NCBI GenBank assembly: GCA_013265495.1
Contig: MU061904.1
Span: forward strand, 2,170,001-2,234,000
Origin: Vicugna vicugna
Taxonomy: Eukaryota
Direction of reading: 5' to 3'
Length of the DNA: 64,000 bases
Position 1 is the stretch's first letter, and each line of letters opens with the position of its first letter. Positions 50,562 to 62,869 of the stretch are shown piece by piece. The notes below the pieces were generated by a model. The model was given only the letters and a program-made list of their open reading frames with translations. It searched no databases and was not told the origin of the DNA. The translations under genes and the position numbers were made by a program.

Positions 50562-53500
50562 TCACAGAGAAATGCTCCGAGGCTTGAGGCAGGAATACTG
50601 AGGGCGGGTCTGGAGCACCCGGCCCTGAGCACGAGCGGCCCGATCTTCCCAGACCAGGCTCCTGGGATCCCGACCGTTGCGGGGCTGAAGCGCCGGCGGG
50701 GCGGACAGGCTGAGCCCTGTGGGCCCCCCATCACTGCGGCGAAGCCTGTCGGTGGGGGCTGCGGGCAATCCTACCGGCGGAGGCTTCGGGAAGAGAAGGC
50801 GATCGGCCCGCGGGGCCGCGAGAGGCAAGGGGAGCCCGGGGTCCCTCGGGCAGGACGGCCCGGCCGGGTTCCCCCGCGCGGCGGGCAGCGCGCGGAGGCG
50901 GCTGCAGGTCAGGAGCACGTCCAGCAGCAGCAGCTTGAAGAGCAGCAGCCGCAGCGCCCCCAGCCGCAGCGCCTGGCCCCGCGTCCCTGCGGGAGAGAAG
51001 GCGCGGTGAGCGGCCCCGCAGGCCGCTGTTCAGCCTTCCACCCGCCCCGCGGGAGAATGTTCACCAGACAAAAGGTAATCAGGGAACGTCCTTCCTGGCG
51101 TCTAACCTCAGCTCTGTCTGGGAATAATAAACACCTTCCTAGCCTTCATTTTCTTTTATTCCTCAACAACCAAGGGGACTGAAGGTCAGGCAGGAGTTAG
51201 CATCCCATAAGGAGGAGAGTCATCAGCTCAAATTTCTCTGGTTGGGAAGCAGAACCTGGGTCATGACTCTGTGTCCAGCAGATGGTTGGACTTGCCACCA
51301 CGCAGTCTCCCAAGTCTCCCTGGACTCCCAAGAATCTCCCAAGGCTCTGATGCTGAGACCATCCCTCTGGGCTGCCCATGGAGAGCTTCAAGGACCCTTC
51401 TGCTAACTCTCACGTGCTTTTCTCAACTAGTGTCCAGAAATTAGGCTGGGATCAGGGGATTTAATCCCCATCTGACCTGCGGGTTGGCAGAGGCCCAGGC
51501 TAGCCAGTGCCCTAGCCTAGCAAGGCAGCCTCTTCAGGGAACACCCACTAATCCCCAAGGGGACCATGAAGCCAGAGCCCAACAGAGCCTGAGATCCTGG
51601 CCCACAATACTCACCTCGGAGAGGCTCCCAGAGGCAGGTCCTGGTTGAGGAAGCCCCTCCTGCCAGGCAAAGAGAAGGGAGTGAGTCAATGGGATGGGCT
51701 GTGTCCTCCACCCCAGTGCTATGCCCCAGCTCTGCTCAGGGCAGCCGCTCATGGCATGTTGGATAAATGGACAAAGGAACCAGCAATGGACACTCTGAGT
51801 CCATCTGCAGCAAGTCCTCTGAGGGGCCCAGATCTCCCTCCCTCCAGGCTGGCCCCTGTTCTGTTCCCCTGGGAGGCTGAGGTGCCTCAGCTCTTTTAGA
51901 CAATGAATCAATTTTCTTAGCAGCCTTCTTTGGAAGGTGGGGCATTTATTCAACAAACATTTCCATTTGGAAGATGACAAAACTAACATAATCCAAAAAG
52001 AGGATGTAAGTCTTCTGGCCAGTAATAATAATGGCTGGCTTTGGATTACCTCTCTGTGCCTGTACAATGGGAGTAATAGGACCCACTTCATAAATGTGAA
52101 GTGTTTACTGCCGTGCCTGGCACAGAGTAAACAGTGAGTGGTAGCAATTTACTGTTTGATTATTGTCTGGTTCTGGTGAGTAGGGTGTCATATTAAGGGT
52201 AATTTATATACAGACAGTAACCCCAGGTGTATATTTAGAGAGATTAACCCTAGGAGGGAGGAGACATTATTACCTCTTAGAAGTCATGTATCAGAGCCTG
52301 GATTTGAATGAGATATCACAGTTGCAAATCCCAGGATTCAGGGCCCTGAGATCACCCTGCTCTGAGCCTAGATGGTTGGCACTTGGATGCCCTTCATGTC
52401 CCATGGTCTGGAGTCTGTCCTCCCACCCACCATACCCTGGTTCCAGGGGCAGGGAGCAGCCACAGGGGTGCAGGCTCTGTCCGCACCTGACAGCTGTAGG
52501 GGCTGTGTGCTCTGGCTCTGCTCTCCAGCCTCAGGCCCGGTATGGCAGACAAGGGTCTCCCAGGCTGCCAGCTCTTCAGAGGGTAGGGAGAGCTGAGCCA
52601 AGCTAGTCCAGGTGCCATCTGCCGCTGGGGAAGGACCATAGGTGAACGCATCCAGTGAGCTACCATTGCCAGCTGAGAACCAGATGGGACTCTCGAGGCC
52701 AGGAGGTGCAGCATCAAGGACCAGGCAGACCACCAGCATCTCCTGCTTTCCATCCACCAAAAGTGTGATTGGTGGGGCCAGAGAGGGGAAGGGTGTGCTG
52801 CCCGCACCTACAAGAGAGCACACACTTGTGGTGGGGCTAGATCTGTCCATGCCCTCCAAGCCAGCATCTCACAGTAGCAGTCTATCCTTCCACCCACTCA
52901 TCCATCCCTCTCTCCTTGCATTTATCCATCTAACCATCTTCATTCCCTCCACCCTTTCATTCATCCATCCTTTCTTCCATCGTCCATCTTCCCTACATCT
53001 ATTCTCTCTCCTTCCCATCTATATCTTCATCCACCCATCCATCTATCCACCCTTCCTTCTATTCATCCATCCATCTATCCTTCCATCCATCCATCACCCA
53101 TCTATCATATCTGAACTTTTCTGTGCCAGGCGTTGGGGATACAACATTAATTAAAATATTGTCCCCGCTCTCAGTGATCTCAGTCCCATGAGAGGGACAG
53201 CAGATGCAAACAAATACTTACAGTACCTTGTTGTGCCAGCCTCAGGAGAGTGGTTACCTCTGGGGAGGAAGGGAAGAAAATAGGATCTGTAATGAGATCA
53301 TAAGGGGCCTCAAATGTATCTGTAACTTTTTGTTTCTTTAAAAAAAATCTGATTCAAATATGGCAAAATTTTAACCATTTGTTAATCTGAATGGAATGTG
53401 CATGAGTCTTTTTTGTGTTATTCTTGGTTCTTTTCTGTAAGTCTGTATTATTTTTTAATAACCTTTTTAGATATAATTCATGTACCATACAGTTCATCCA

Positions 53501-55122
53501 TTTAAAGTGTATGTCTGTATTATTTTAAAGTTAAAAAATAAAAGTAAGTCATGTGAGGACTGTAAACATTTGTCCTACCTTTTCCAGAATGGTCCTGATT
53601 TTCCATACTTATTCTTTTTGGGAAAGATGACTCATTTAATATATAAACGTTATTTTTGAACAGTTGGATATCTTTTCATATAAGTAGAATCTCAAAGGTT
53701 AAAACCTACCAACAAATTTGCACCATGAGTTAAGTGCAGGCAGGCTAAAGAAATGCCCCAGGGTGCAGAGAAGGATGCCAGAAGGTCTTATGGGGACTTA
53801 GAGATCGGGGATGCTCACAAAAGATTTCTTGAAGGTCAAATAACTGACCTAGAAGCAGGTGGATGGTAAGTAGCCCACTCAGGATTTGAACTGAGATCTC
53901 TATGACTCCAGATCCCACAGACCACCCTATCTGGAAGAATGACTAAGATTTTGCTATATGACACAGTGGACCAAGCCTGGGACATGGCCTCAGACAGAGT
54001 TGGTTTGACTCCTGACTCATCCATTTAATTTCCTGAGTCTAAATTGTCCTATAAATGTAATGGGGTTAATAACACCAGCCCAGTAAAACTGCTGTGAAGG
54101 ATAAAGATCATGAATATAAAACAACTTGGAAGGAAAGTGTTAGTATTATCATCAATACACATGTTAATAAGACATCACAAACAAAGGGAGGAGGGAAGGC
54201 TGGGAGTGAGCTCCAGGATGCTCGACCTCCTGAGAACTTTCAGCCGTACAGAGAGACATTCCCCAAGTTGAGTTGAGTGTCTGCCTCCTCCATGAAGCCT
54301 CCCAGGATTGCTCCTCCTCACTCTGGCTGCTTCCCTCCCAGAGCTCAGGCCTCCTGCCACAGACTCTCCTTGCTCCACATGGGTGTGGTTTATCTCCCTA
54401 GCAAGGAAAAGTTTGTGACATACTGGGGGCCAGCTTTAGAACACGGAGAGGCCATAATTCAAAGGTCAAGGACCTTCCCCCACCACAAACATGCTTGTAG
54501 ATGAAGCTGGGATTCTCAAAATTTGAGTCTTTTGTCTCCAGCCTTCATCTTTGAACGACCAGGGCTGGGGAGGGTGGGTAAATTCACCCGGGAAGTCGCT
54601 GGGGCCTTGAGACTTCTGAGAACCCACTGGTAAGGGGAGCTGGGAGTAAACACAAGACACCCTGAGCCCTGAGGGCAGGAGACTGGACAGGAAGGGGGGA
54701 CCTCACAATGGTGCCTGTGTCCCACCACCCTACATAGCACAACACGATCTGGCTATCCTCCCGCCCATTACGGACACCTGTCCAGCTTACTCTGGTTTCT
54801 CTATATCTCCGAGACTGACTGCCCTCCCTACCAACTCTGTGGACTCCAAGGGAGCAGGACTTGGGAGCCCGGAGTGCGGTAGCTGGCAGGTGGAGTACAA
54901 TGAGGAAGGGGACGATGGGCTTCTGGGGAGAGCCTCCCCAGAGGGCCCTCAAATACCCCTGTCCTGCCTCCCTGCATCCTGCCCACACCCAGGGAAGCCT
55001 AGCATGATGGAGTGGGCTGGGCAGACGAATGGGGCGCAGAGAGGGATGCAGGGAGGGTGCTCACCTGTGGGCAGGGCTGGACACTCGAGGGCCAGGAGAA
55101 GCAGAAGCCAAGTCCCGGCCAT
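50562..55122 (-). CDS. PTCRA: Pre-T-cell antigen receptor alpha, 282 aa
   Basis: 4 exons: 55065-55122 (MAGTWLLLLLALECPALPT), 52487-52807 (Ig-like domain PFPSLAPPITLLVDGKQ...CLVLD...WFSAGNGS...CHTG), 51615-51659 (connecting peptide with Cys, GASSTRTCLWEPLR), 50562-50986 (TM LRLLLFKLLLLDVLLTC plus a Pro/Arg-rich tail). Total 849 nt with canonical splice sites. Exon 2 is 321 nt, so skipping it keeps the frame, as in the known pTalpha-b isoform. Confidence 0.95.
52870..53110. repeat. Degenerate (CCAT/TCCA)n simple repeat in PTCRA intron 1
   Basis: Repeated CATC, CCAT and CTAT units seen directly. Confidence 0.85.
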
Positions 55123-55126
55123 GGCC

Positions 55127-55232
55127 CACCTGAGAGGAGGCAGGACCCAGCTGCAGACCTGAGGTGCGGGCTGGGGGAGGAGGCAGCCACAAGACTGCCT
55201 CACAGGCCACAGGCCCAGCTGCATCTCAGCTG
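55127..55232 (-). promoter_or_regulatory. PTCRA proximal promoter E-box cluster
   Basis: CACCTG 55127-55132 and CAGCTG at 55148-55153, 55216-55221 and 55227-55232. E2A/HEB dependence of the pTalpha promoter is established in mouse and human. Confidence 0.6.
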
Positions 55233-55399
55233 CTCCACCACGGAGCCGTTTCCCCGGGGGAGGGGCCCCTCCCACCCCCAGTCTCTCACAGTCCCTTCCT
55301 ACACCAGGAGGCTCAGAGAGATTGAGTGACCTGACCAAGGCCACATAGCTGGCAGGTGACAGAGCCAGAGCTTGAACTGTTTTCTGATGGCTGGCTTTA

Positions 55400-57800
55400 T
55401 TATAGCCAAAAAGCTAATAAATGCATTTTCATGTATTTACAGCCCTTTTAAATAGAATTTAATTTTTAGAGCTGTTTCAGGTTTATAGCAAAAGTGACCA
55501 GAATGTTCAGAGATTTCTCATATACTCCCTGCTCCATCACATCAAACACCTTTTAAAAAATAAACTACTGTTTAAAATGGCCATTTAAAATGTAAATGCC
55601 ATTTTCAATGACTCCACTAAATTTTAACTGGAGCTGTCATTTTGACCCAGAAACTTCATATCTAGGTATATACCCTAATGCAATAATAAGAGATTCAGTC
55701 ATTATAAGACAAAGATTTATGCACAAAAATGTTCTTTGAAGTATTATATTAAAAAACCAAGGGGAGGGGAGGGTATAGCTTTAGTGGTAGAGTGCCTACA
55801 TAGCAGGCACGAGGTCCTGGGCTCAATCCCCAGTGCCTCTATTTAAATAAATAAATAAACCTGATTACCCCACAAACAAACAAAAAACCAAGAGAAATTG
55901 AAAACAACCTAATTGTTTAATGCTAGGAGAAGGGTTAAATGAATTAATGTTTGTATTTTTTATATTAGTGAATATTGTGCATCAGCTTTTAAAATCATGT
56001 TTTCAAAAGAATGTTTAATGACATGGGATATAGAATGGAGTTTGGTTCAGTTATGGGCTGTGAAGCTAGAATGCCTAGCTTTCAATCCTGACTACATTGT
56101 TCGGGAGTTGTCCGACTTCCACCAAATTACTTCTCTAATCCTCGATTTCCTCATCTGTATGATGGGAAAGGTAATAACAAATAATAAATACACCTGTACA
56201 ATGGGAATGATATTTAAATAAGAACATCCATGAAGAGGGTCTAGCATTATTATTTATACATAGTAAGAAGTCAATAAATGTTCTCTCTTTCTTGATATAT
56301 GTGTATACATAATTACATACAGAAAGTTTAAATAAACAGGATATAAATTTAAATGGAAAATATGTATCCAATTTTACATAAGAAATACATAATTATTCCT
56401 AGAAGGAAGCAGACCAAATGTTAACAATGGTTATCTCTGCATGTTAGGATTTTGGATAGTTTTTATTTTCGTCTTAATAATTGTTTATTTCTTAAATTTT
56501 CTATGATGAATCTGTATTATTTTAAAAATCAGGAAAATAAATATTATTAAAACATAAAACTACAGTATACTATGGTTTATTTAGCCATTCCTTTACTTTT
56601 AGACTTTTGGGTTTTCCTGTTTGAGGCAGTAGATATTGTCGTTTATAAAGCATTTTCCAAATTCATACTTATTTCCTTAAAATTGGCTTAAAGTCCTCTG
56701 TGTTTTCTTGTGGGTTTTTTGTTTGTTTAACTTAAAAATGTTTTAAATTGTAATAAAATACACATAACATAAAATTTATCATTTTAGCCATTTTGAAGTG
56801 TATAGTTTGTCTGTATTAAGTATATTCACACTGTTGTGCAACCACAACCCTCTATAGAATTCTTTTCATCCTACAAAATTAAACACTCCATCCCTGCTCC
56901 CCTAGCCCTTGGCTGCCACCATTCTACTTTCTGTCTATAACTTTGACTACATCATTAAAGTGAAATCATGCAGTCTTTGACTTTTTGTGCCTGGCTTATT
57001 TCATTTAACATAACAGTCTCAAGCTTCATAATCCATGTTGTAGCATGTGTCAGAACTTTCTTCCTTTTCAAAGGCTGATTAACATTCCACTGTATGTATA
57101 TACTACATTTTGCTTCCAATCAGTTCATCTCTCACTGGACATCCCTCAGTGGTTGCTCCATTTTAACCATGATTAACATAGGTGTGCAAATCGCTCTTCA
57201 AGATCCTACTTTCACTTCTTTTGTGTATATATCCAGAAGTGGAATTGCTGTATCATATGGTAATTTAATTTAAATTTAAATTTTGATAGTGGTCATCCTA
57301 ATGGGTGTGAAGTGTTATCTCGTAGTAGTGGTTTCAATTTGCATTTCCCTAATAATTAGTGATGTTGAGCATCTAAGACCTCTGTATTTTAAGGCTCCTG
57401 ACACACATCTGTTATACTAATTTGTGTTAGTATAAAACCACCACAACATACGAAAGGCCCATCTGGCATTTCTTTAAAAAATAAAATAAAAATTTTAAAA
57501 CCCTAATTTAATTAGCAAAAAATGGAATCTCAGTTCTCTTATCAAAACATTCTTTTCCCATTTTAGTCGCTTCCTTTGCTGTATTGTCTGTTCATTGTCC
57601 TCTCATAGTCCTAGTGTCTTACTGATTTTGAAAAGCTTTCACATATTAAAGATACCAACCCTCTGTATAATGTATTTGGCTGGAGCCATTTCCCAATTCA
57701 TTGACTACTTTAAATTTCACTTTTTTTTTTTAACCTGCAGTTTTTTGTTTTGTATGAACTAACGTATCCATCTTCCCTATTGGGATTTATCTCATCCCTT
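55400..57800. mobile_element. Cluster of old L1 3' fragments plus a MIR (about 56020-56270)
   Basis: L1MA/MB-like minus-strand segment at about 56730-57380 (TATATTCACACTGTTGTGCAACCAC...CTGGCTTATTTCATTTAAC...GAAGTGGAATTGCTG...CATTTCCCTAATAATTAGTGATGTTGAGCAT). Confidence 0.7.
55762..55881 (+). mobile_element. tRNA-derived SINE, Vic-1-like
   Basis: Same head and tail. Perfect 11-bp target-site duplication AAAAAACCAAG at 55751-55761 and 55882-55892. Confidence 0.92.
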
Positions 57801-58199
57801 TTAAGCCTAGAAAGTCCTCGCCCCTCTAAAGGATCCATACATTTCCACTTGTATTGTCTTTTTGTGCGTGTGTACTTTTACCCCCTCCCCAATTTAATTC
57901 CGTGAGGAATTGAATTAATTTTGGTATATTATAGAAGATGTGCATCTAAATTTCATTATTTTTCCCAAAGAGCTAATCAGTTACCCCAGGACTATTCACT
58001 GAATAATCCTTCCTTTCCCCACTATTTGCGAGACGTTCTTTATTACTTGTTAACATCTTTATCATATGTTAATGTCTTTTATATTGCTGGGTTTACTTGT
58101 TCCTGGCTCTCCGGATTTCCTGCTTTACATTATTCTTTATTCTGGTGTCAGCCTCACTCCATTTCCGTCTGATGGTATTTTAATAATCATGTCGATTGC

Positions 58200-58420
58200 A
58201 CCCTTCCGCGCCCCGAGTGCCCCCCTGCAGCCCGCGCTGCGCTCCCGCCCCTTTTCCCGTGGGGCAGCCTGGAGGCCTCGGGCGCCACGTGTTCCCAGGC
58301 GCAGCCCGCGCCCAGGTGCGCGCAGTCTCGGTGGGTTCCCGCCGGGAGGGGGAGGGAGGGAGGCAGGTGTCCCTAACGACTCTCCCGCCTTCCAGCCTCT
58401 TGGGCTCAGTTACCACAATA
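58200..58420. promoter_or_regulatory. Candidate PTCRA upstream enhancer (Notch/RBPJ, E-boxes, Myb, GC box)
   Basis: Short CpG-rich patch in AT-rich surroundings, about 3.2 kb upstream of the ATG. CACGTG 58286-58291 abuts CCTGGGAA (minus strand, 58292-58299). CAGGTG at 58313-58318 and 58364-58369, a G-rich box near 58345-58360, and CAGTTA at 58407-58412. Confidence 0.75.
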
Positions 58421-58739
58421 CAGATGGGGACGAGCCCTCTGGCTTCCTTCGCTCTTTGAGTTTCAAGATCTTCCCAGGGACGGGAAGGCTGAAACCTCCC
58501 CCACCGCCAGCCACCTCCCTCACCCCGCTGCTCACTGCTCGTCTGGGCCATCTCGCGACAGCTACCCCACTGGCCCACTGCCAGCCTCCTGGACACGGGT
58601 TGGCCTGGAAGTTTTCTTTGCCCTCTCTTTCATCGGTTCTCTCCTTCCAGGAGCCCCGGGAATCTCCACCTGACTCCACAGTCTTGCTGGTACTAAAAAT
58701 GCCCTTCCCCAGGGCAGTGAGGATGCTCTGACATGTGGC

Positions 58740-58960
58740 CTTAGATCCCAGAGCTGAATTTCTGCTCTGAGCTTCTCACTTGGGACTAAACCTGCCATTT
58801 GCAGACCCGCTATCTAGAGCCAGGTGGTGTTCACAGACATCTCATTTAATCCTCAAAACCACGCATCGGGTATTATCATCTCGGTTTTGCCGTCAAGTAA
58901 ACTGAGGCTCAGAAAAACGAAGTCACTGAAGATTCTCTAGCAGGCAAGTGGTGGAGCTGG
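58740..58960 (-). mobile_element. MIR SINE
   Basis: CTCATTTAATCCTCAAAACC...AAACTGAGGCTCAGA...AAGTGGTGGAGCTGGG. Confidence 0.7.
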
Positions 58961-59399
58961 GCATTCATTGCAGAGATGTGTTTACAGGTCTGTCTCTCTC
59001 CAAAGCTCTTTTCACAAGGTTTTTGGGAGAATTCAGTGAAATATGAGTACCCACCTGAGTGCCTGGTACACAGCAGATTCTCTCTCCCTTCTTTTTTCAC
59101 CTACCCAGGTAGAAAACCCAGGGCTGTTGTTAAACTGAGATGAGCCACATAGAATGTGAGAAAGAAAATTAAGGAAACGTAGCAGTACTTATTAGAGAAG
59201 ACTGCTGATATTACCAAATGATTACTGAGCATAAATCTGACCTATCTGATTAGATTGTAACCAGAGGGGCAGACGGGGCGTCAGCCCGTGTGTCTGCTGA
59301 ACTTGCAAGTAGAATTCTCTTCCAGTGATACCGAAGGGGTCATATGTCCACTGGAATCTAAAATGTTTCCTACCGTCGGTGTTCACATAAGTTAGCAGG

Positions 59400-62270
59400 G
59401 GAAGAGTGGTTTTGAGGCCCAAGTTCATAATCACGGCCAGCTGCTACACCTCCAGTGACAGGTTCTTCTTCTTTGACAGCACCTTGGCTGGACTGGGTTC
59501 TCTGCCTGGTGGTGACTCAGGCCTTTATTCCTGTGGTGTCTGAGTCCTCGGTAGTCTTGACATTGTGGGTTGCTGAGGTTTTCTGTTAACCAGGACAACT
59601 GAGCAGAGGATTATTAAGAGGCACTGTGTGAATCCCCAGACCTAGTGCCTACCTCTATTATGTGGTAGCAACCTAATGTTCTCTGGTAATTGGGATTAGT
59701 CAACCCAGACCTTACAGTAACCGCCCCCCTTTCTCTGCCTGTGGGTTCAACAGCATGAGAAACCAAAATGGCCTGGGGCCATCTCAGCTTCCAACTCTAT
59801 GATCCTTGCCTGGTGCAAACATTTCTCCCTTGGATGCTAGGATCGCCAAACTTCCTGAGGGCAAGGTTATGGGGGTGGGTAGCAAAAGTTCATCCAGTAG
59901 GTTATAGACTTCAGCTATAATAGTGAGAAGGCTGCTGCTACCCCCGCCTCTCAGTTATATACAATTCTAGTTTTGGCTTAAAGAAGACACTGTATCCTGC
60001 AGGACAGCACGTCCACCTTGCAGGGTGTAGTTTCTTAACTCTGCTCTGAGCCTGCAGCTGGCCAATCCTCCATTCTATCAGGCCAACTGCTCCTGGGTCA
60101 TGGGGCACATGGTAAGACCAGTGAATGTTTTGGGTGTGAGCTCATTCCTTGGCTATAAAATGTGTGCCAATGTTGGAGGCAATGTTATGTGGAATGCCAT
60201 GGTGATGCATACAGTATTCTGTGAGTCCATAAATGGTGGTGTTGACATAAGCAGTGGTGAATTCATACCTGGAATATGTGTCTATGAGGATAAAGCACAG
60301 CCCTTCCATGCTAGAGGGGCCCAAACAAATCAATCTATGATCAGGTGAGAATGGTGTCCACTCAGGGACTCAGCTCTGGGCTGTAAATAGGATGGACATG
60401 CAGCCAGATTAGCCTCAGAGAGAGGAAGACCATATTACTGAGCCAAAATATAGCTTCCACCCTGCCACCGTGGGTCTGCTGAGCAAGTCCTGGAGCACCT
60501 GCGGAAAAGGGGTGACTGTGGCCCACGGGACTATCATTTTGTCTACCTGATGACCATTCTTCCCCATGCTTTATTATGGGTCATTGTGGTTCCTTTGCCT
60601 TTGGCTGTTAAGCATCACCACCTGCTCTTTGCCCCACCAGGATACCATTATTCTCATCCAGGTCAGGGTATTCAGTTCCAGTCTCTAGCATCTCCCACTA
60701 GCATCTCCAGCCTACGGAGCCCCACCAGCAGAGCAAGCCAAGGTTGCTGGTGGTCCTCACCAATGCATTTCTTACTGCTTTGGTAAAGGGAGTGTTTTCC
60801 AGGCCCCCTTAACATATGTGGCTAGGGATGGCGAAGCAGACTGCACATAATAAATCCAATCCAGCATTCCTGTCTCTCTGAGACTTTGGATTCCTTCCTC
60901 TATAGTATGCCAAGGAAATTCTGGCGTTTTAAGTTTATTAACTCTAGGCTACATTAAGTCCAGACTTTAATTAAACAACCTAACAGACTACTCACGCTTT
61001 TTCCAGGTACTCGAGCCAACACATTAAGTCCAAAATCCTGAATGAGCATCCTGAGCCATGGGTTTGGCCAAACCAGGTCTAACTTTCCACCCTCCTGGGT
61101 CTGTTTCCCCTAGAATCTTCTCCATGCATGCTCCTGTGGCTCTTGCCAAGTCAGTTTGGCAGGGCCTGTGACTCTGGGCATTCTCCTCTTAGCGTGGGCC
61201 CAGAGCTTCTTCACCCAGGCTGGGCTGGGATCTAACTCACAAAGGGCCTGGGGCCAAAGAGGGGTGGAGTGGGAAGGGTTCTGAGGCTGATGTCCTGGGA
61301 GACAGGATCACTACAGGAGGAGGCTGTCTGCACAGACAAGACCCTTCAAAAGAATTTGCGGGTTCAGAGTTCCCAGGCTTGTCTGTGTCTGCCCAGATAT
61401 CCTTATCCCATCTCTGGGCTCCACCCCTTCCCCATCAATGCCCTCACCTTAGCGTAAGAGACCTAGAGGCATTTAATCAGCCATGTGAGCCCCTCTGTCT
61501 GTGGGAGATGGGGGATCTCTTCAAGGTCCCATCAAGAAGTCCTCATGGCTCACTCACATTCCCCCTCAGATACTGATGACTCTTAGTTCTCCTTTCCCCT
61601 GCACGTGTTCCCTGAGGCCATCAGAAGCCACAGGACTCCACACCAGAGTGTAGAAGAGCCAAAGCCATTTCATCTCGCTCCTCCACTCCCCAGCAATGCA
61701 GGGCCCTACCCTGCCTTTCGCGCTATCCCGGCGGTAGCTTGAGAGGTGGTGAGACTCTGCATGCAGTGGATTTCCTGGGCGCTTCTCCCCCACTGCACAG
61801 AGACTTTCCTTGTCCTCCTTGAACTGGTGATCCATCCACTCCCAGTATCCCATTTGAGACTACTCTTGGAACCAATTCCTGTATTGATGAGTATGGGCAG
61901 GAAATAGATGGCACACTTATATTGGGTAGTTTGAGGGGAATTTAATTAAAGGATTATTTACAGAGGCACAGCAGTGTGAAGGGAAATCCCAAGGGACAGT
62001 GCAGTGTCCAGGACTAGTGACGGGCCTGCGGAGTGAGGGGAGGGAGCAGTGTGGGGCCCCAGAGCCAGAGAGCCATGTGGAGGGACCCTGCAGCCAGTGG
62101 AGATCCTGGAGGGAGAGAAAATGCAGAGTAAATACCCTGACTGTCTTCTCCTTTCTCCTGCTGGGCCCACCATTGGCCAAAGCCAGAGGTTCAGGGAGCC
62201 GATTGCAAGTGTCTGCAGATGTCAGTGGCCAGGAGGCTGCGGGGGGCCACTCATGACCTGAGGACTGCCG
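59400..62270 (-). mobile_element. Degraded, internally deleted ERV-L-class provirus (LTR about 61880-62270, PBS-like site, RNaseH, integrase and dUTPase relics)
   Basis: Minus-strand frame at 60142-60333 reads IDTYSRYEF...TTIYGLTEYCMHHHGIPHNIASNIGTHFIAKE, resembling the ERV-L integrase core. dUTPase-like relic at about 59690-59800. The LTR ends ...AATACA and is followed by AATTGGTTCCAAGAGTAGT. Confidence 0.75.
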
Positions 62271-62300
62271 AGCACAGAAGTTGGGCCTAAACTCCCACAG

Positions 62301-62869
62301 TGCAGGGCGTCAGGCTCTGAGGTTGATCTCTCAAGGACAATCTCTGTCCCGCCACCCCTTTGAGGAATGTGCCAGATGCATTAAGGCCTGAAGGAACATC
62401 CTGAGCTATCAAGTCACTAAGGACCTTTGGAAGGAGAGATGCAATCGGCATGCAAGTTAGTAATCTTAGCCTGAAGAACAATCACCTGAGATAATAGTAC
62501 ACGAGTCAAGATGTTAGCTTAGAGGAACAATGCCTTAGTTTATCATCTTGGTTCCAGGAACTCTTAATCTTAGTTTTACGAGAACTGTAAACAATAATGA
62601 TGTCTGTAACAATATACAAGTTAATGATTTTAGTACACGTTGTTAATGTGCCTTAAAACAATACCTTTGCCTACATGCAGGAATGTATGAGCTAATGGGT
62701 TAAAATCATATAAATTAACTGCAAGAAATAAACTCGTCGTCCACTCTTGACCTAGCGTCTTGCGGGCTAGAGTGAGACCCTCTCAACCCCACCTTTTAGT
62801 CTTGTCTTTCTTTCTCAGTCCTGCAGCACAGGTTTTCTGGACCTGATCGATTGTCGGCAGGCTCCGACA
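62301..62869 (+). mobile_element. Candidate solo LTR, possibly lineage-specific ERV1-like
   Basis: TG...CA termini, TATA-like CATATAAAT near 62707, and AATAAA near 62727 followed by a U5-like pyrimidine-rich stretch. No clear target-site duplication. Confidence 0.5.
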
